64,000 bases of DNA from Octopus bimaculoides (Eukaryota). The notes beneath the pieces were generated by a model, which was not told the DNA's origin, made no database searches, and was given only the letters and a program-made list of their open reading frames with translations. Positions 1 to 12,163 of this stretch are shown one piece after another. The position numbers and the translations under genes were made by a program. Every line of letters starts with the position of its first letter. Position 1 is the first letter of the stretch. The DNA is taken from contig NC_068998.1 in the NCBI RefSeq assembly GCF_001194135.2, positions 7,232,076 through 7,296,075 of the forward strand. Reading direction: 5' to 3'.

Positions 1-90
1 TACATACATACATACGTACATGCTTTTATATACATACATTTACATATACATATGTATGTATGTGTGTATGTGCTTGTATAATACTTATGT

Positions 91-182
91 AGGCGTGGCT
101 GTGTCGTAAGAAACTTGCGTTTCGACCACATCGCTCCAAGTTCAGTCCCACTGCGGAGGACCTTGGCCAAGTGTCTTCTATA
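91..182 (+). mobile_element. SINE family A, 5' head fragment
   Basis: GGCGTGGCTGTGTCGTAAG...TTCAGTCCCACTGCG...CCTTGGCCAAGTGTCTTCTA aligns to the family A heads at 1115, 14081, 25687, 49468-49631 and 55330-55496. Confidence 0.75.
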
Positions 183-204
183 AAATAAATGAAAAATAAA
201 ATTA

Positions 205-380
205 AAAACAACAAACAACAAGAGGATGTGCACAAGGAATGTATTAGATTGACGTTCAGTAAAAGGGAAGAGATTTTAATGTTTCGAGCATAGCCTTTCG
301 TCGAAAAGGAGAAAAGGAAAAATCCAGTGAAGGAAAAACAATGACCAGTAACACGTGTGTAGTTACATTACTGAAGCGTT
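205..380. repeat. (TA)n-associated dispersed repeat, possibly Penelope-like-derived
   Basis: GGAATGTATTAGATTGACGTTC...TTTTAATGTTTCGAGC matches 49405-49456 (GGATGTATTAGTTTAACGCTC...TTTAACGTTTCGAGC). Both copies abut a TA run. Confidence 0.5.
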
Positions 381-574
381 ATATATATATATATATATAT
401 ATATTGAATGATTTTACTAAGATTTGGAGTACAGGAAGTACCTGTGCAGATGAATAATTTTTAGTGGGTGTAGCTTGCACTGCACTACCCCCACTTATTA
501 GCCCAAGAAGACTTTCACCGGTGTGACAAGAGAATTGACAAAACCAGGAATTTCCAAGGCCTCAGGTTTTATTT

Positions 575-640
575 CGGAGATTTCCTTCTCCTAGGTAGAT
601 TACCAACCAAGGTTAAAGAGCTTCTACCTGCCCATGAGGT
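575..640. mobile_element. Possible RTE-type retroposon UTR fragment
   Basis: TTTCCTTCTCCTAGGTAGATTACCAACCAAGGTTAAAGAGC resembles from memory an untranslated motif of RTE-related elements. Short and unverified. Confidence 0.3.
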
Positions 641-1114
641 AAGCCGTCCCATTCCAGACACCTAACCGTATGTATATATATATATAGATAGATATAACAG
701 GCAGAAATATATATAAGACGAAAATACACAAAGGATGTACTGAATAATTCAGTGCGCATGTTGAGGTAGTTTATCAAACTACAAAGCCTGTACGTTCCGT
801 ATTTATTTCCTATTCATTTTCTTCCTCGCCAAGAATAATGAAGTGTTCACATCCATTATGGATGAGACTTACATAAAGGTGGATGCCATTTTTTCCACTA
901 TTCCTTTCTTATGTTAAAAGAACAATACTAACTTTATTGTTTCCATGAAGCAGAGATTTAAGTAGCTTTTTTAAAGCAGTGGATCGCCATCTAGTTCACA
1001 CAAATTCATTTTGAAATACACAGAAGCCAACGAGAGAGCTTCTTGGTTGCTGCTGTTCGTCATGTTAGACATTGCAGCCAAATCTTAAAATCACATCCCG
1101 CCTATTTAAAATAT

Positions 1115-1269
1115 AGGCGCAGGCGTGGCTGTGTGGTAAGAAGCTATCTCCCCAACCACATGGTTCTGGTTCAGTCCAACTGCGTGGCACCTTGGGCAAG
1201 TGTCTTCTACTATAGCCACAGAGCGACTAAAACCTGGTGCGTGGATTTGGTAAACGGAAACTAAAAGAA
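1115..1269 (+). mobile_element. SINE family A, 5' half
   Basis: AGGCGCAGGCGTGGCTGTGTGGTAAG...GGCACCTTGGGCAAGTGTCTTCTACTATAGCC...GGATTTGGTAAACGGAAACT. Confidence 0.85.
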
Positions 1270-1360
1270 TATATATATTTATATACTGAAAGAATATATA
1301 TATTTATATACTGAAAGAATATATATATTTATATACTGAAAGAATATATATATTTATATA
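1261..1360. repeat. 25-bp minisatellite x4
   Basis: Unit CTGAAAGAATATATATATTTATATA starts at 1261, 1286, 1311 and 1336; only the first unit has a mismatch. Confidence 0.9.
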
Positions 1361-2261
1361 CTGAGGGTGATAAATTGAATATTAATTTAACATCAATTTA
1401 AAACCAGTGGCCTAGCATATAAAAAGTCTGATAATTCAGAAAAATTGTATTACATGCGTATAATAAGGGATGATCACTAAGTGGACATCCGATATGCTAG
1501 AAAGAGATCATCAACGAACCAACCACAAAGAAAATAATGTTCTCTAGAAAAATTTCAGCAAACACCAGAACATAAGCGGGCAAGACAAATGAAAATGTAC
1601 GAAATCCTTTATTTTGTATACGCATATATATATATATATATATATATNNNNNNNNNNATACAACCTTAACGTCTTCTAATAAGGACAGGAAACCTTTGAT
1701 TGCGAATCTGCTCGAACAGGCTTGGTCTAGACTCGAGAGTCTCCGCGGCAGCAACATTAACGACGAGACATACAACAGCGAAACAATTCAAAATCTAATT
1801 GGTTTTGATTTTCACTAACAAAATCATTTTCAATTCATACTGTTGAAAATAAACAGAATACAATCCATGCTCATGCGAAGTTCTATAATGAATTTAATCC
1901 TTTTTCTTTCACTTCATTAAATTAATCCCGACATAACGAAGCTATGCGCATGCGTATTGAGTTCTATTCTAGTGAGATTTGTATTTCGTACAGTAAACTG
2001 ACACTAATGAATGAATAATTTTGAAATGTATATCCTGTGGTTATTATAAATTATAGTAGTTGAAATAAACTGTCACTATATTGATTTCATATGCAATTAA
2101 TAATATAAAACAAAAACAATACCATACAAGATGAAGTTAGATATTTCAGTTCTGTTTATTATTTTTATAAACTAATCTCTCTATGTATATATAATAATCC
2201 ATCCATCCATCCATCCATCCATCCATATTCCTTTTACAAATTTATTGAAACAAATTATACA

Positions 2262-2696
2262 TGTGTGGTAGCAGGATTCGGTTCCTTGCCATACAACCAG
2301 AAAGGGTGTTAGTAGCGGTTGTCGGAGAATTTCTACCACTTCATCAACACCAATTACTGATTTCCTAATCTTTCTACCTATTGTAACCAATGGATGACTA
2401 TTCGTGTAGCATGGTTGAGAAAGACACCAACCACTCTTATTGCAACACTAAGGTCAAACTGGGGGCCAAGATCAAGAAGGTGTTTGAAGAACTTTCCAGG
2501 GACACGGTGAGAGGCGCATGCGCCAAGTATCGGAATCGTCTTGTGGCCGCACCGGAAACTGAGGGCAGTTACTTTGAGTAAGCTGTAGTCTAATCAATAT
2601 TTTTTGATCTTTAAAAAAAATACTTCAGTTTTAGTATTGGATATTGTATTAACTTTTCCTTTTGCGCAAACTGTCAAATTTAGCCCGAACACGCGG
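2262..2696 (+). mobile_element. Decayed Tc1/mariner (maT, DD37D-like) 3' end with right TIR
   Basis: Frameshifted VW*QDSVPCHTTRK...LSENFYHF...NPMDD, then ORF 2390-2581 ending CAKYRNRLVAAPETEGSYFE (typical C-terminus). TIR-like CAAATTTAGCCCGAACACGCGG followed by TA at 2697. Confidence 0.8.
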
Positions 2697-3184
2697 TAGA
2701 CCTCATACACCGTCACCTGAAAAGCTAATCTATCTAATACCCTGACAATCTAAGAAATAACATATATCTAATGCTCTGTCACAAAACAACCATCATATAT
2801 TTAACACTCTGTGAGCTACGAACAACATTATATATTTAATATTCTAATATACAACAAATATCCTCTTTCTCATTCTCGAGTTTCATAATCATCTTCTAGC
2901 TCTTACATAATTTACACTTTCTACACAACGTTTGCTAATTGGATTTTCTTTCTTCTACAAATCTGACTGTCCAAATATGTATGCATCAATGTATGTATGC
3001 GTATGTATGACAGTGTGAGTTTGTGTATGTGTATGTATGTGTGTGTGTGATTTACTTCTTTATAGTTAATGCTTCAACGGTTTTCTAATACACTACTTAT
3101 TCAAGTGTTCTTTATATATTGCCAATAGTTTTATTCTCTTTCACCAATATATACACACACGTAGGCATACGTTCATATACACAT

Positions 3185-3455
3185 ATATATATATGTGTGT
3201 GTTTGTGTGTTTGTGTGTTTGTGTATGTATGTATGTATGTATGTGTACGTGTGTGCGTGTGTACATGTATATTCTTATTTAGTGTTTCCTCATATAGCAT
3301 CTCACTTTTCCATATTCGACTGTCATCCATTTTTTTTACTGTTTCTATTTCTTTCTAGCTTCTCTACCTCTATCTCTCGCTACTATCTATCTATCTATCT
3401 ATTTATCTATCTATCTATCTGTCTATCTATCTGTCTGTCTGTCTGTCTGTTTGTA

Positions 3456-3497
<42 letters not shown>

Positions 3498-3509
3498 TCT
3501 GTCTATCTG

Positions 3510-3546
<37 letters not shown>

Positions 3547-3558
3547 ACATGGAGACAG

Positions 3559-3655
<97 letters not shown>

Positions 3656-3791
3656 TCTTGGTCACTCCTTGAAATAATATATTTCTGCCCCTCTCTCTCT
3701 CTCTCTCTCTCTTTCCTTCACTCTCAATTTGCCAATCAATCTTAAAAATTCTCTCTTGTTTATTGTGTCTACTTGCCTGCTCTCTTTCTCC

Positions 3792-3840
<49 letters not shown>

Positions 3841-3921
3841 TATCTCTTTCTCTCTGCTCGTGTATTTTTTCGTACTACCCCATCGTCCCTCTCACAACCA
3901 TCGCTATTCGCTAGAAACATC

Positions 3922-3961
<40 letters not shown>

Positions 3962-3975
3962 GCAGCAGCAATTGT
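3185..3975. repeat. Compound microsatellite tract (TG, TATG, TATC, TCTG, GATA, GA, TC, AAC)
   Basis: Directly visible tandem runs. Confidence 0.95.
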
Positions 3976-4448
3976 TTGTAGTTGTTATCAATATTGAAGC
4001 TAGGAATCAGTTCCAGCCGGCTGAGATAAGCAATAGAAAATAGCATAGTGGACTTCCAGGAAACACAAACGCCAAACATAATGTGTCTATATATCTATCT
4101 ATCGATCAGTCGAACTGGAGCATACAAGACACACACACGCACACACGCACACGAACACGCACACACACACGCGCATGCACACAGACATATTTATGTATGC
4201 CATGGTTTGAAACAATGAATCGTAGTCAATGGAAACAAATATAACGAACAATTAAGAGATGATAATATGAAAAGAATTAAAATGGAAAGCATAAGTTGAT
4301 GTACTGCAGTTCAGTAAACACATTCACAGAATGAGAGATCGACGAACAGACAGACGTAAACGATAAAAGAAAGAAGGCAAGAAAAAGAAATGAAGACAGG
4401 ATAATAAAATAAATGTAAGCAAGTAATAAAAGACAGAGAAAAATATAC

Positions 4449-4684
4449 AAAGTGTTCAAAAAGTCTCTCCGCAGTAAGTATTTAATGGTTTTCGGGCGAT
4501 TCTTGTATATTGATCCCTTACTTGCTCCCCCAGAATAAAATGTCTGGCAGCGTTAAATCAGGTGTCCTCGGTGGCCAAAGTCCCTTCGAAATAATCCGTT
4601 CACCGAAAAAACTCTTGAAAGCGTCATGTTGATGCGCAGGATGAATAAAAACTCATCGCGGAGAGACATTTTAAACACCCTCTC
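4449..4684 (-). mobile_element. Internally deleted Tc1/mariner element (degenerate TIRs plus WPPRTPDL transposase piece)
   Basis: Left end CAAAGTGTTCAAAAAGTCTCTCCGC; right end revcomp GAGGGTGTTTAAAATGTCTCTCCGC; TA flanks. Minus strand encodes FQEFFGERIISKGLWPPRTPDLTLPDILFWG. Confidence 0.8.
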
Positions 4685-4894
4685 TATAAAAAGGGTTGGC
4701 GAAGAAGAAAATAAAAGCGAGGAAGAATGCAAGAAGAGAATAATGAAATGGAAAATAACTATAAAGAAAGAAAGAAATCGAAAAATAATTAGTAAATAAA
4801 CGCAAATATTGAAGAATTTAGTATCTACATTTCAATTCTTTTGGTTATATCTCCCGTCTTCATCAGGTTGTAATGCTTAGAAGGTTACATAGTA

Positions 4895-4955
<61 letters not shown>

Positions 4956-5056
4956 ACAGACCGCAGTTTGGTACATGCAGTTGGAGATACGATAAAGATG
5001 AGAGTAAACCAATTGAAATGCAGCGTAGATTTAAATATTGAAGACAAAATATTCGA

Positions 5057-5192
5057 CAAAAGAGACCGATAAAATAAATACTAGGCTTACAAAGAATAAG
5101 CTCTGGGGTCGATTTGCTCGACTAAAGGCTGTGATCCAGCATGGCCGCAGTCAAATGACTGAAACAATTAAAAGAGTAAAGAGTAAAGAGTA
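5057..5192 (+). mobile_element. SINE family A, 3' tail (5'-truncated)
   Basis: AAAAGAGACCGAT...CTGGGGTCGATTTGCTCGACTAAAGG...CCAGCATGGCCGCAGTCAAATGACTGAAAC, ending in (AAAGAGT)n. Confidence 0.85.
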
Positions 5193-5303
5193 TTTCATAT
5201 TTAGAACAGAGACGTGAGAATCTTTGGTATTCATTTTTTCCAAACTGTTTATTAGCAATTTTCGTTAAAATGACATATGTATAAAATGTCCGATAATTTA
5301 GAC

Positions 5304-5430
5304 CAGTCGTTTTGAACTAGGGTCAATATGGTCCCAAAGGGTCCATATAAGATCTTTGGGGACCATGCAATAAAATAATAAATTGGGGATCCACAAAAGT
5401 ATCTTAAGGGCCCCTGAAAAAATTTTGTTT
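5304..5430. mobile_element. Truncated hAT/Charlie-like MITE
   Basis: Starts CAGTCGTTTTGAACTAGGGTC after ATTTAGAC (Charlie-like target). Internal GGTCCCAAAG/CTTTGGGGACC inverted repeat. Right TIR not found. Confidence 0.4.
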
Positions 5431-5461
5431 TAGATATATGTATTGGTATGTACTGCAAGAA

Positions 5462-5540
5462 ACAGCCACTTGCACGCAGGAGTCTGTTCTGTTAATCGGA
5501 TGAACTGTAACCCTCGTTGCTGTAACCGGTGGAGTGCTAG
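5462..5540 (+). mobile_element. SINE family C, 3' tail fragment
   Basis: CAGCCACTTGCACG...GGATGAACTGTAACCCTCGTTGCTGTAACCGGTGGAGTGC matches 30255-30338. Confidence 0.7.
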
Positions 5541-6216
5541 TTTCTCTCATCTATTAATCTGATCCTCAAGGGAACAATGAACTCCATAAACACATACCAA
5601 AATAGTTTCTTATCTTGACACGTTCATAATTTTAGCAAGCATTCTAAAGCACAGCCTGGTGATAACGTAGATTCCTCGAGACATACATAGTTGTCAAATA
5701 ACTAGAAAAACAAAAGAATACATTTACTAAGTGATGAATACTTTAAATTAATGTATTTAGCTTTTTCAAGCAACTATCTTTGGCTTAAATACACACAAAC
5801 ATACACACATGCGTACGTACGCACATACGTATGTACGTACGTCTGTGTATTGTAGAAGTAGTGTCTCGCGAAATAATTTGCTTATATCGGTAAAGTGCAA
5901 AAGATTTTGCGTTAGTGTGTGAAATATTTGTATCGATGTTAATATATAAATTGAGAAGGAAGGAAAGGGAAGTGAGAAACAGGATGATTGTAAGAGAGAT
6001 AACAGATAAAAAAGAAATACATAAGCGGTGAGCGTAAAAATTATAATTGCCTAAAGCGAGAAAGATGGCGGAAGTTTAAAAGTTTGTTTGAAACAGAAAA
6101 TTCAACTAAATTCATTGACATGAATCATTAAAAGTACACGTTTTCAATAAACAATATTAATTAATTTATAAATTCGAAGAATCAATAACATAGTTCTGTC
6201 AATATTTATCATATTT

Positions 6217-6663
6217 AAGGCGGCGAGCTGGCAGAAACGTTATCATGCTGGGCGAAATGTTTAGCGGAATTTGGTCTGCCGTTACGTTCTGAGTTCGAAT
6301 TCCGCCGAGGTCGACTTTGCCTTTCATCCTTTCGAGATCGATTAAATAAGTACCAGTTACGCACTGGGGTCGATGTAATCGACTTAATCCGTTTGTCTGT
6401 CCTTGTTTGTCCCCTCTATGTTTAGCCCCTTGTGGGCAATAAAGAAATAAGAAACGTTAGCATGCTGGACGAAATGCTTAGCGGTATTTCGTCTGTTTTT
6501 ACGTTCTGAGTTCAAATTCCGCCGAAGTCGACTTTGCCTTTCATCCTTTTGGGGTCGATACATTGAGTATCAGTTGCATACTGGGGTCGATCTAATCGAC
6601 TGGCACTGTCCGCCAAATTTCGAGCCCTGTGCCTAGAGTAGAAAAAGAAAAAAAGAAAAGAAA
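6217..6663 (+). mobile_element. SINE family B head-to-tail dimer with 13-bp TSD
   Basis: Monomer 1 spans 6217-6450 and monomer 2 restarts at AGAAACGTTAG (about 6450). A-rich tail. ATTTATCATATTT at 6204-6216 and 6664-6676. Confidence 0.9.
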
Positions 6664-6676
6664 ATTTATCATATTT

Positions 6677-7193
6677 CTTTGGTAGAATATGAAGGGTATT
6701 GTGAATCACAAAGTATTAAGCCAAAGCGAAACGTTTAATGCATCAACAATTGGGAGGACGGCACAAAAATTACCTGAAAAAGCGTCTATCATTGATCAAT
6801 CATAAAGGAGCGTTGTTCTTACCTGATAATGCAAGATTACATATTGCCCAAATCACTCGGAAAAAGATTGTACCACTAAATACAGAGGTTTTGCCGCATC
6901 CTCCTTCTTCTGCTGACCTTGTACTATCTGATTGTCATCATTTCAGATCATAGCAACATTATTAAGAAGGAAACAGTTCATTAATTCTAAGGAGGTCAAA
7001 AATGATGTTAAATGATCTTTGCTTGAAAACGTGAAGAATTTTACGTTCGAAGATCGACAGCTTACCAAACGAATTAGATAATATCATCAATAATTAGGAG
7101 AAATGTTATTTTGATTAAATATACCAATTATACAAAAGAATCATTTGTTCCTTCTCCATCTTGAGATGCAACAGGATTTTCTTTCAGGCCTAA
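6677..7193 (+). mobile_element. Decayed mariner (DD34D) transposase 3' half plus right TIR
   Basis: KRLSLINHKGALFLPDNARLH...EVLPHPPSSADLVLSDCHHFRS, with 34 aa between the last two Asp. Ends ...CAGGCCTAA+TA (ATTAGG-type TIR). Confidence 0.85.
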
Positions 7194-7253
7194 TACATAA
7201 ATGCACGTATGTATGCACACACTCACACACACTCACAGACACACACAGATACA

Positions 7254-7285
<32 letters not shown>

Positions 7286-7291
7286 AATATA

Positions 7292-7485
7292 TATTCTTTT
7301 ATTCTTTTGCTTGCTTCAGTAAGCTCGACTGCGGTCATGCTGGAGCACCGCCTTTAGTCAAAGAAACCGGACTTATTCTTTGTAAGCCTAGTACTTATTC
7401 TATTGGTCCCTTTTGCAGAACCGCTAAGTTACGGGGACGTAAACACACCAACATCGGTTGTCAAACAATAGCAGGGCAACAAGCG
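7292..7485 (-). mobile_element. SINE family A, 3' half
   Basis: GACTGCGGTCATGCTGGAGCACCGCCTTTAGTC...GAACCGCTAAGTTACGGGGACGTAAACACACCAACATCGGTTGTC. Confidence 0.85.
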
Positions 7486-8025
7486 CGCGCGCACACACAC
7501 ACATACTTTCGTTTATACTTGCCTTACATTATCTATTAATGAACATCACAAAGATAAATCCTCTAATCCAAACACGCCCCTCGTTCTGTAGAACTAAAAT
7601 GTGTTAATATGTCATTGTACTTGATAGTAGCAGCACATTTAGTCCATCTTACTATTTAGTTTGAACAGAGTCATGTTATTAAGTGCAATGTGTACAAAAT
7701 TAGCATCACGAAACATCAGTGCATCGTAAAATTCGAGAAATTTCATCTTAAACTCAAAGTATGTACTACTATATCATTCTTTATCTTTGCCCCCAAACCA
7801 TAACCTGTCTCCCTTTAATTTTCTGTCGCAATGAAGTCATGTAATCTTTTGTTCCCACCTCTATCAATATCTTAACATTTTCTAGCACTTTCTTCTTTTA
7901 ATTTTTCAATTTCCTTTTTTTTTAACTATTTCTGATCGCACTCTTATACTTTATGCCATTTTTTAACTTCATTATTTTCATACATGTTATTTTCATATAT
8001 GTATATATACATACATACACACACA

Positions 8026-8119
<94 letters not shown>

Positions 8120-8803
8120 TATGCGCGTGTGTGTGTGTGTGTGCGTATATGTATGTGTATATATATATATCTATATACACATACATACATATATACACAT
8201 ATTTATTTATTCATTCTTTCATAATTTGATATATTTCCATATTTTTATGCATTTTCTAACACTTGCAATGCATACACAAACACTCACACGATGGCCTATT
8301 CTTGGTAGAAAGAGATACGAGCGTCTAGTTCTTTGATCAAGTATACAACCGACCGAATGACTGAATTAATTTGCGATATGGCAGCGTATTCCATATACAC
8401 GAGTACTGTCCAACCATTTTTATGTAGATTTAAAACAGATACAGTGTGATAAGACAAGTCGTTTAAATTACAGCCACAGTCCATCCGATAGCTTCTACTC
8501 ATTTCCGTCTACCCAATTTTGCTCGGAGAGTATTTTACCAAACGTTGATGCAGTGAGATCGAACAAGACAACAGAGTGTGTGTGTGTGTGTATATATATG
8601 TATATTCGTATAGAACTGGTGACAGCTGCCATTTGGTAAGTGTGGCACAACCTTTTCTATAAATGAAGATAACATTTAGAAAGTTAAGGATTTATGATTT
8701 ATGTTGTACAGTATTTAATCTACCTGTAATTTTCTCTCTCTCGCTTTCTCTCTCTCTCTATCTTGCTCTATCTCTCGCTCTCTCTATCTCTCTCTATCTC
8801 TCG

Positions 8804-8834
<31 letters not shown>

Positions 8835-9430
8835 TATATATATATATATACATATATATACTTATGTGTACGTATGTATATATCTGTATATATATGTTTG
8901 CATATATGTTCGTATGTATGTATACATATATATATATATATATGTGTGTGTGTGTATTTGGTGTGTGTATGCGTGTGTATGTATGTATGTATGTATTTAC
9001 GTATGTATATGCGTGTTTACAAACACATACAAACACAATCATAACGAAGAAAGGAACAATTAAAACCCAAGTACAGAGTCAAAGCTAGAGCTACCTTCCT
9101 GTTCAGTCTGAAATGAATAGAAAACTTTTAATAATTCCAGTTTGAATATTATTTCATAGAAATATAACTATTGTCTATTCTGAAAGCTTAAATATGGCTG
9201 ATTCTTTTACAGTGAAATCAGAAAATGACTGTTTTTCATTGCAATGTCTATTTCCTGTTCCCATCTTTCGTTTTTTTTTCTTTTTCTTTTCCTTTTCATC
9301 ACATATCTCAATATTCATATTATATTTGTTGAAATATTTATCTGTTGTAATTGTTTTTTTTTACTATTTTGTTGTTGTTTATTATGGAAATGTGTGGCTT
9401 TTTTTAGACATCGTTTAAATAATGGCCATC

Positions 9431-9547
9431 GCTTTATTTACATTATTTACATTATTTAAATTTGACGGATATTTGTCGTGAAGGCTGGAGGGTATACCAG
9501 CCGAAACGTTATGTTAACAACAAACAAGATGAGGACAAATATCCGTC
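9431..9547. repeat. Inverted (fold-back) fragment of a Penelope-like repeat with a hammerhead-like stem
   Basis: GACGGATATTTGTC (9464-9477) is the reverse complement of GACAAATATCCGTC (9534-9547). Internal GGCTGG-N8-CCAGCC-GAAAC. Confidence 0.55.
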
Positions 9548-9861
9548 NNNNNNNNNNTATATATGGTACCTATTCTATTGATCTCTGGTATGGGATCGCT
9601 GGATTATAGGTGTGTAAAAAGACCAACTCCGATTGCGAAGCGGTAGTGGAAAACAAACACAATGACACACACACAAACATACACACAGACACCCACACAG
9701 ACACACATACATGCACACACATCTATACACAGAGACACACACACATGTGTGTGTGTGTTTATGGTGAATATGTGAGAGGTTTTGCTCTGGCAGTAGAAAC
9801 AAATTAAATTTGCCTTGAGGAGGTCTTATGCTTCCGCGACCTCGAAATCTCTAGTGTTATA

Positions 9862-10075
9862 CGAAGAGACGCTGAGAAGTTCTTGGCTTTAAGAGTATTG
9901 CGAAATACCTGGTTGGAGACCCAAGTATCCGAGTTCTTTTAGAGGGCTAGGAAAAACTGAAGGACTGCTGCAACGAGTGTGTGAATCTGAGAGGAGAATA
10001 TGTTGAATAAAATCATAATCAACCGATCCTCATGTATTTTCTTTTACCCAAAGCCAGGAACTTTGCAGCGCGTCA
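9862..10075. mobile_element. Mariner-type MITE (degenerate)
   Basis: TA-CGAAGAGACGCTGAGAAGTTCTTGGCTTT ... AAAGCCAGGAACTTTGCAGCGCGTCA-TA. Same family as the copy at 37307. Confidence 0.8.
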
Positions 10076-11000
10076 TAGCACATCATGCATGTCCACCCCA
10101 ACCCGACCAGTTTCAAGGTTGAGACCTAACTAAAAGCATCACATGCTTCTCCAGTTTGACGCAGTTGAGAATGGAAACTAATAATTTCACGGCATCATAT
10201 ACACTGATACAGAAATAGTAACAAATCTAAAAAAGATGTCAACTGATAGTCGCAAAGTTACGTTCCACGAGCAACCATTCATTAAACATAATGGCGTTAA
10301 TGCTAATATATACATATATGTGTGTGTGTGTGTGTATATTTCTATATATGTGTATACATATATATAATTATATATACATATATACACACACACTTATATA
10401 CGTATTTGTGTGTATGTTTATATATTCTTTTATACTTTTATTCTTTTATGTTTCAGCTTTGAGACTGCAGCCATATACACACGCACATATATGTATGNNN
10501 NNNNNNNNNNNNNNNNNNNNNNNNNNNNNNNNNNNNNNNNNNNNNNNNNNNNNNNNNNNNNNNNNNNNNNNNNNNNNNNNNNNNNNNNNNNNNNNNNNNN
10601 NNNNNNNNNNNNNNNNNNNNNNNNNNNNNNNNNNNNNNNNNNNNNNNNNNNNNNNNNNNNNNNNNNNNNNNNNNNNNNNNNNNNNNNNNNNNNNNNNNNN
10701 NNNNNNNNNNNNNNNNNNNNNNNNNNNNNNNNNNNNNNNNNNNNNNNNNNNNNNNNNNNNNNNNNNNNNNNNNNNNNNNNNNNNNNNNNNNNNNNNNNNN
10801 NNNNNNNNNNNNNNNNNNNNNNNNNNNNNNNNNNNNNNNNNNNNNNNNNNNNNNNNNNNNNNNNNNNNNNNNNTATATACATATATATATATAATGTAAT
10901 CACATATACGTAGATGGACGTATATGTGTGTATATATATAAATATATATGTTTATATGCACACACACACATACATTACACTCACGCACGCGCGCACACAT

Positions 11001-11039
<39 letters not shown>

Positions 11040-12120
11040 ACGCGACCTACAACGCCTTAAGTAATTCATCAGTATTCTCCTTCAAACCCCCCGTTATTCG
11101 ACCTACTATAAATAGGATACAAAATTTCAAATTGCACCCGAGAATCTTACCTGAGGAAAGACACATTTCGATAGTGTATACATGCATACATATATGAAAA
11201 GATTAGATAATATGCATGATACGCCAACTAACATCGAAACATGCAGAAGATGGCGTCGGCGCTGGTGTTTATGATAACACATACTCATATAAATATGCGA
11301 TATTACGAGAGGTATTCTGTGTGATATTATAAGTGTGTGTGCGTTTGTGTTGCAATAGCGTTCTGTTTTTCTCTTTCCTTTCAACGTTACCACTTCCCTC
11401 TGTCAACATATTTCTCTCTCTCTCTTTCTCTCTCTCTTTATTTCTCTCTCTCACTCACTCACTCACTCACTCCGCCTTTGCCTACTACTTCTCTCAGTAT
11501 AACGCTTCTCAGCGAATATTTTCTCATTCTTTGTTTTTCCTTGGCGCTATTCCGCTATGTGTGCGTGTATATTATAAATATGTACATGTGTGTGTATGTG
11601 TGTTTTTATATATATATATATATATNNNNNNNNNNNNNNNNNNNNNNNNNNNNNNNNNNNNNNNNNNNNNNNNNNNNNNNNNNNNNNNNNNNNNNNNNNN
11701 NNNNNNNNNNNNNNNNNNNNNNNNNNNNNNNNNNNNNNNNNNNNNNNNNNNNNNNNNNNNNNNNNNNNNNNNNNNNNNNNNNNNNNNNNNNNNNNNNNNN
11801 NNNNNNNNNNNNNNNNNNNNNNNNNNNNNNNNNNNNNNNNNNNNNNNNNNNNNNNNNNNNNNNNNNNNNNNNNNNNNNNNNNNNNNNNNNNNNNNNNNNN
11901 NNNNNNNNNNNNNNNNNNNNNNNNNNNNNNNNNNNNNNNNNNNNNNNNNNNNNNNNNNNNNNNNNNNNNNNNNNNNNNNNNNNNNNNNNNNNNNNNNNNN
12001 NNNNNNNNNNTATATATATATATATATATACATATATGTGTGCATATATATATGTCCGTTTGTGTGTGCGTGTGTGTGTATAAGTATGTGTCTCTGTGTG
12101 AAAGTGTGTGCGTGTTTATG

Positions 12121-12163
<43 letters not shown>

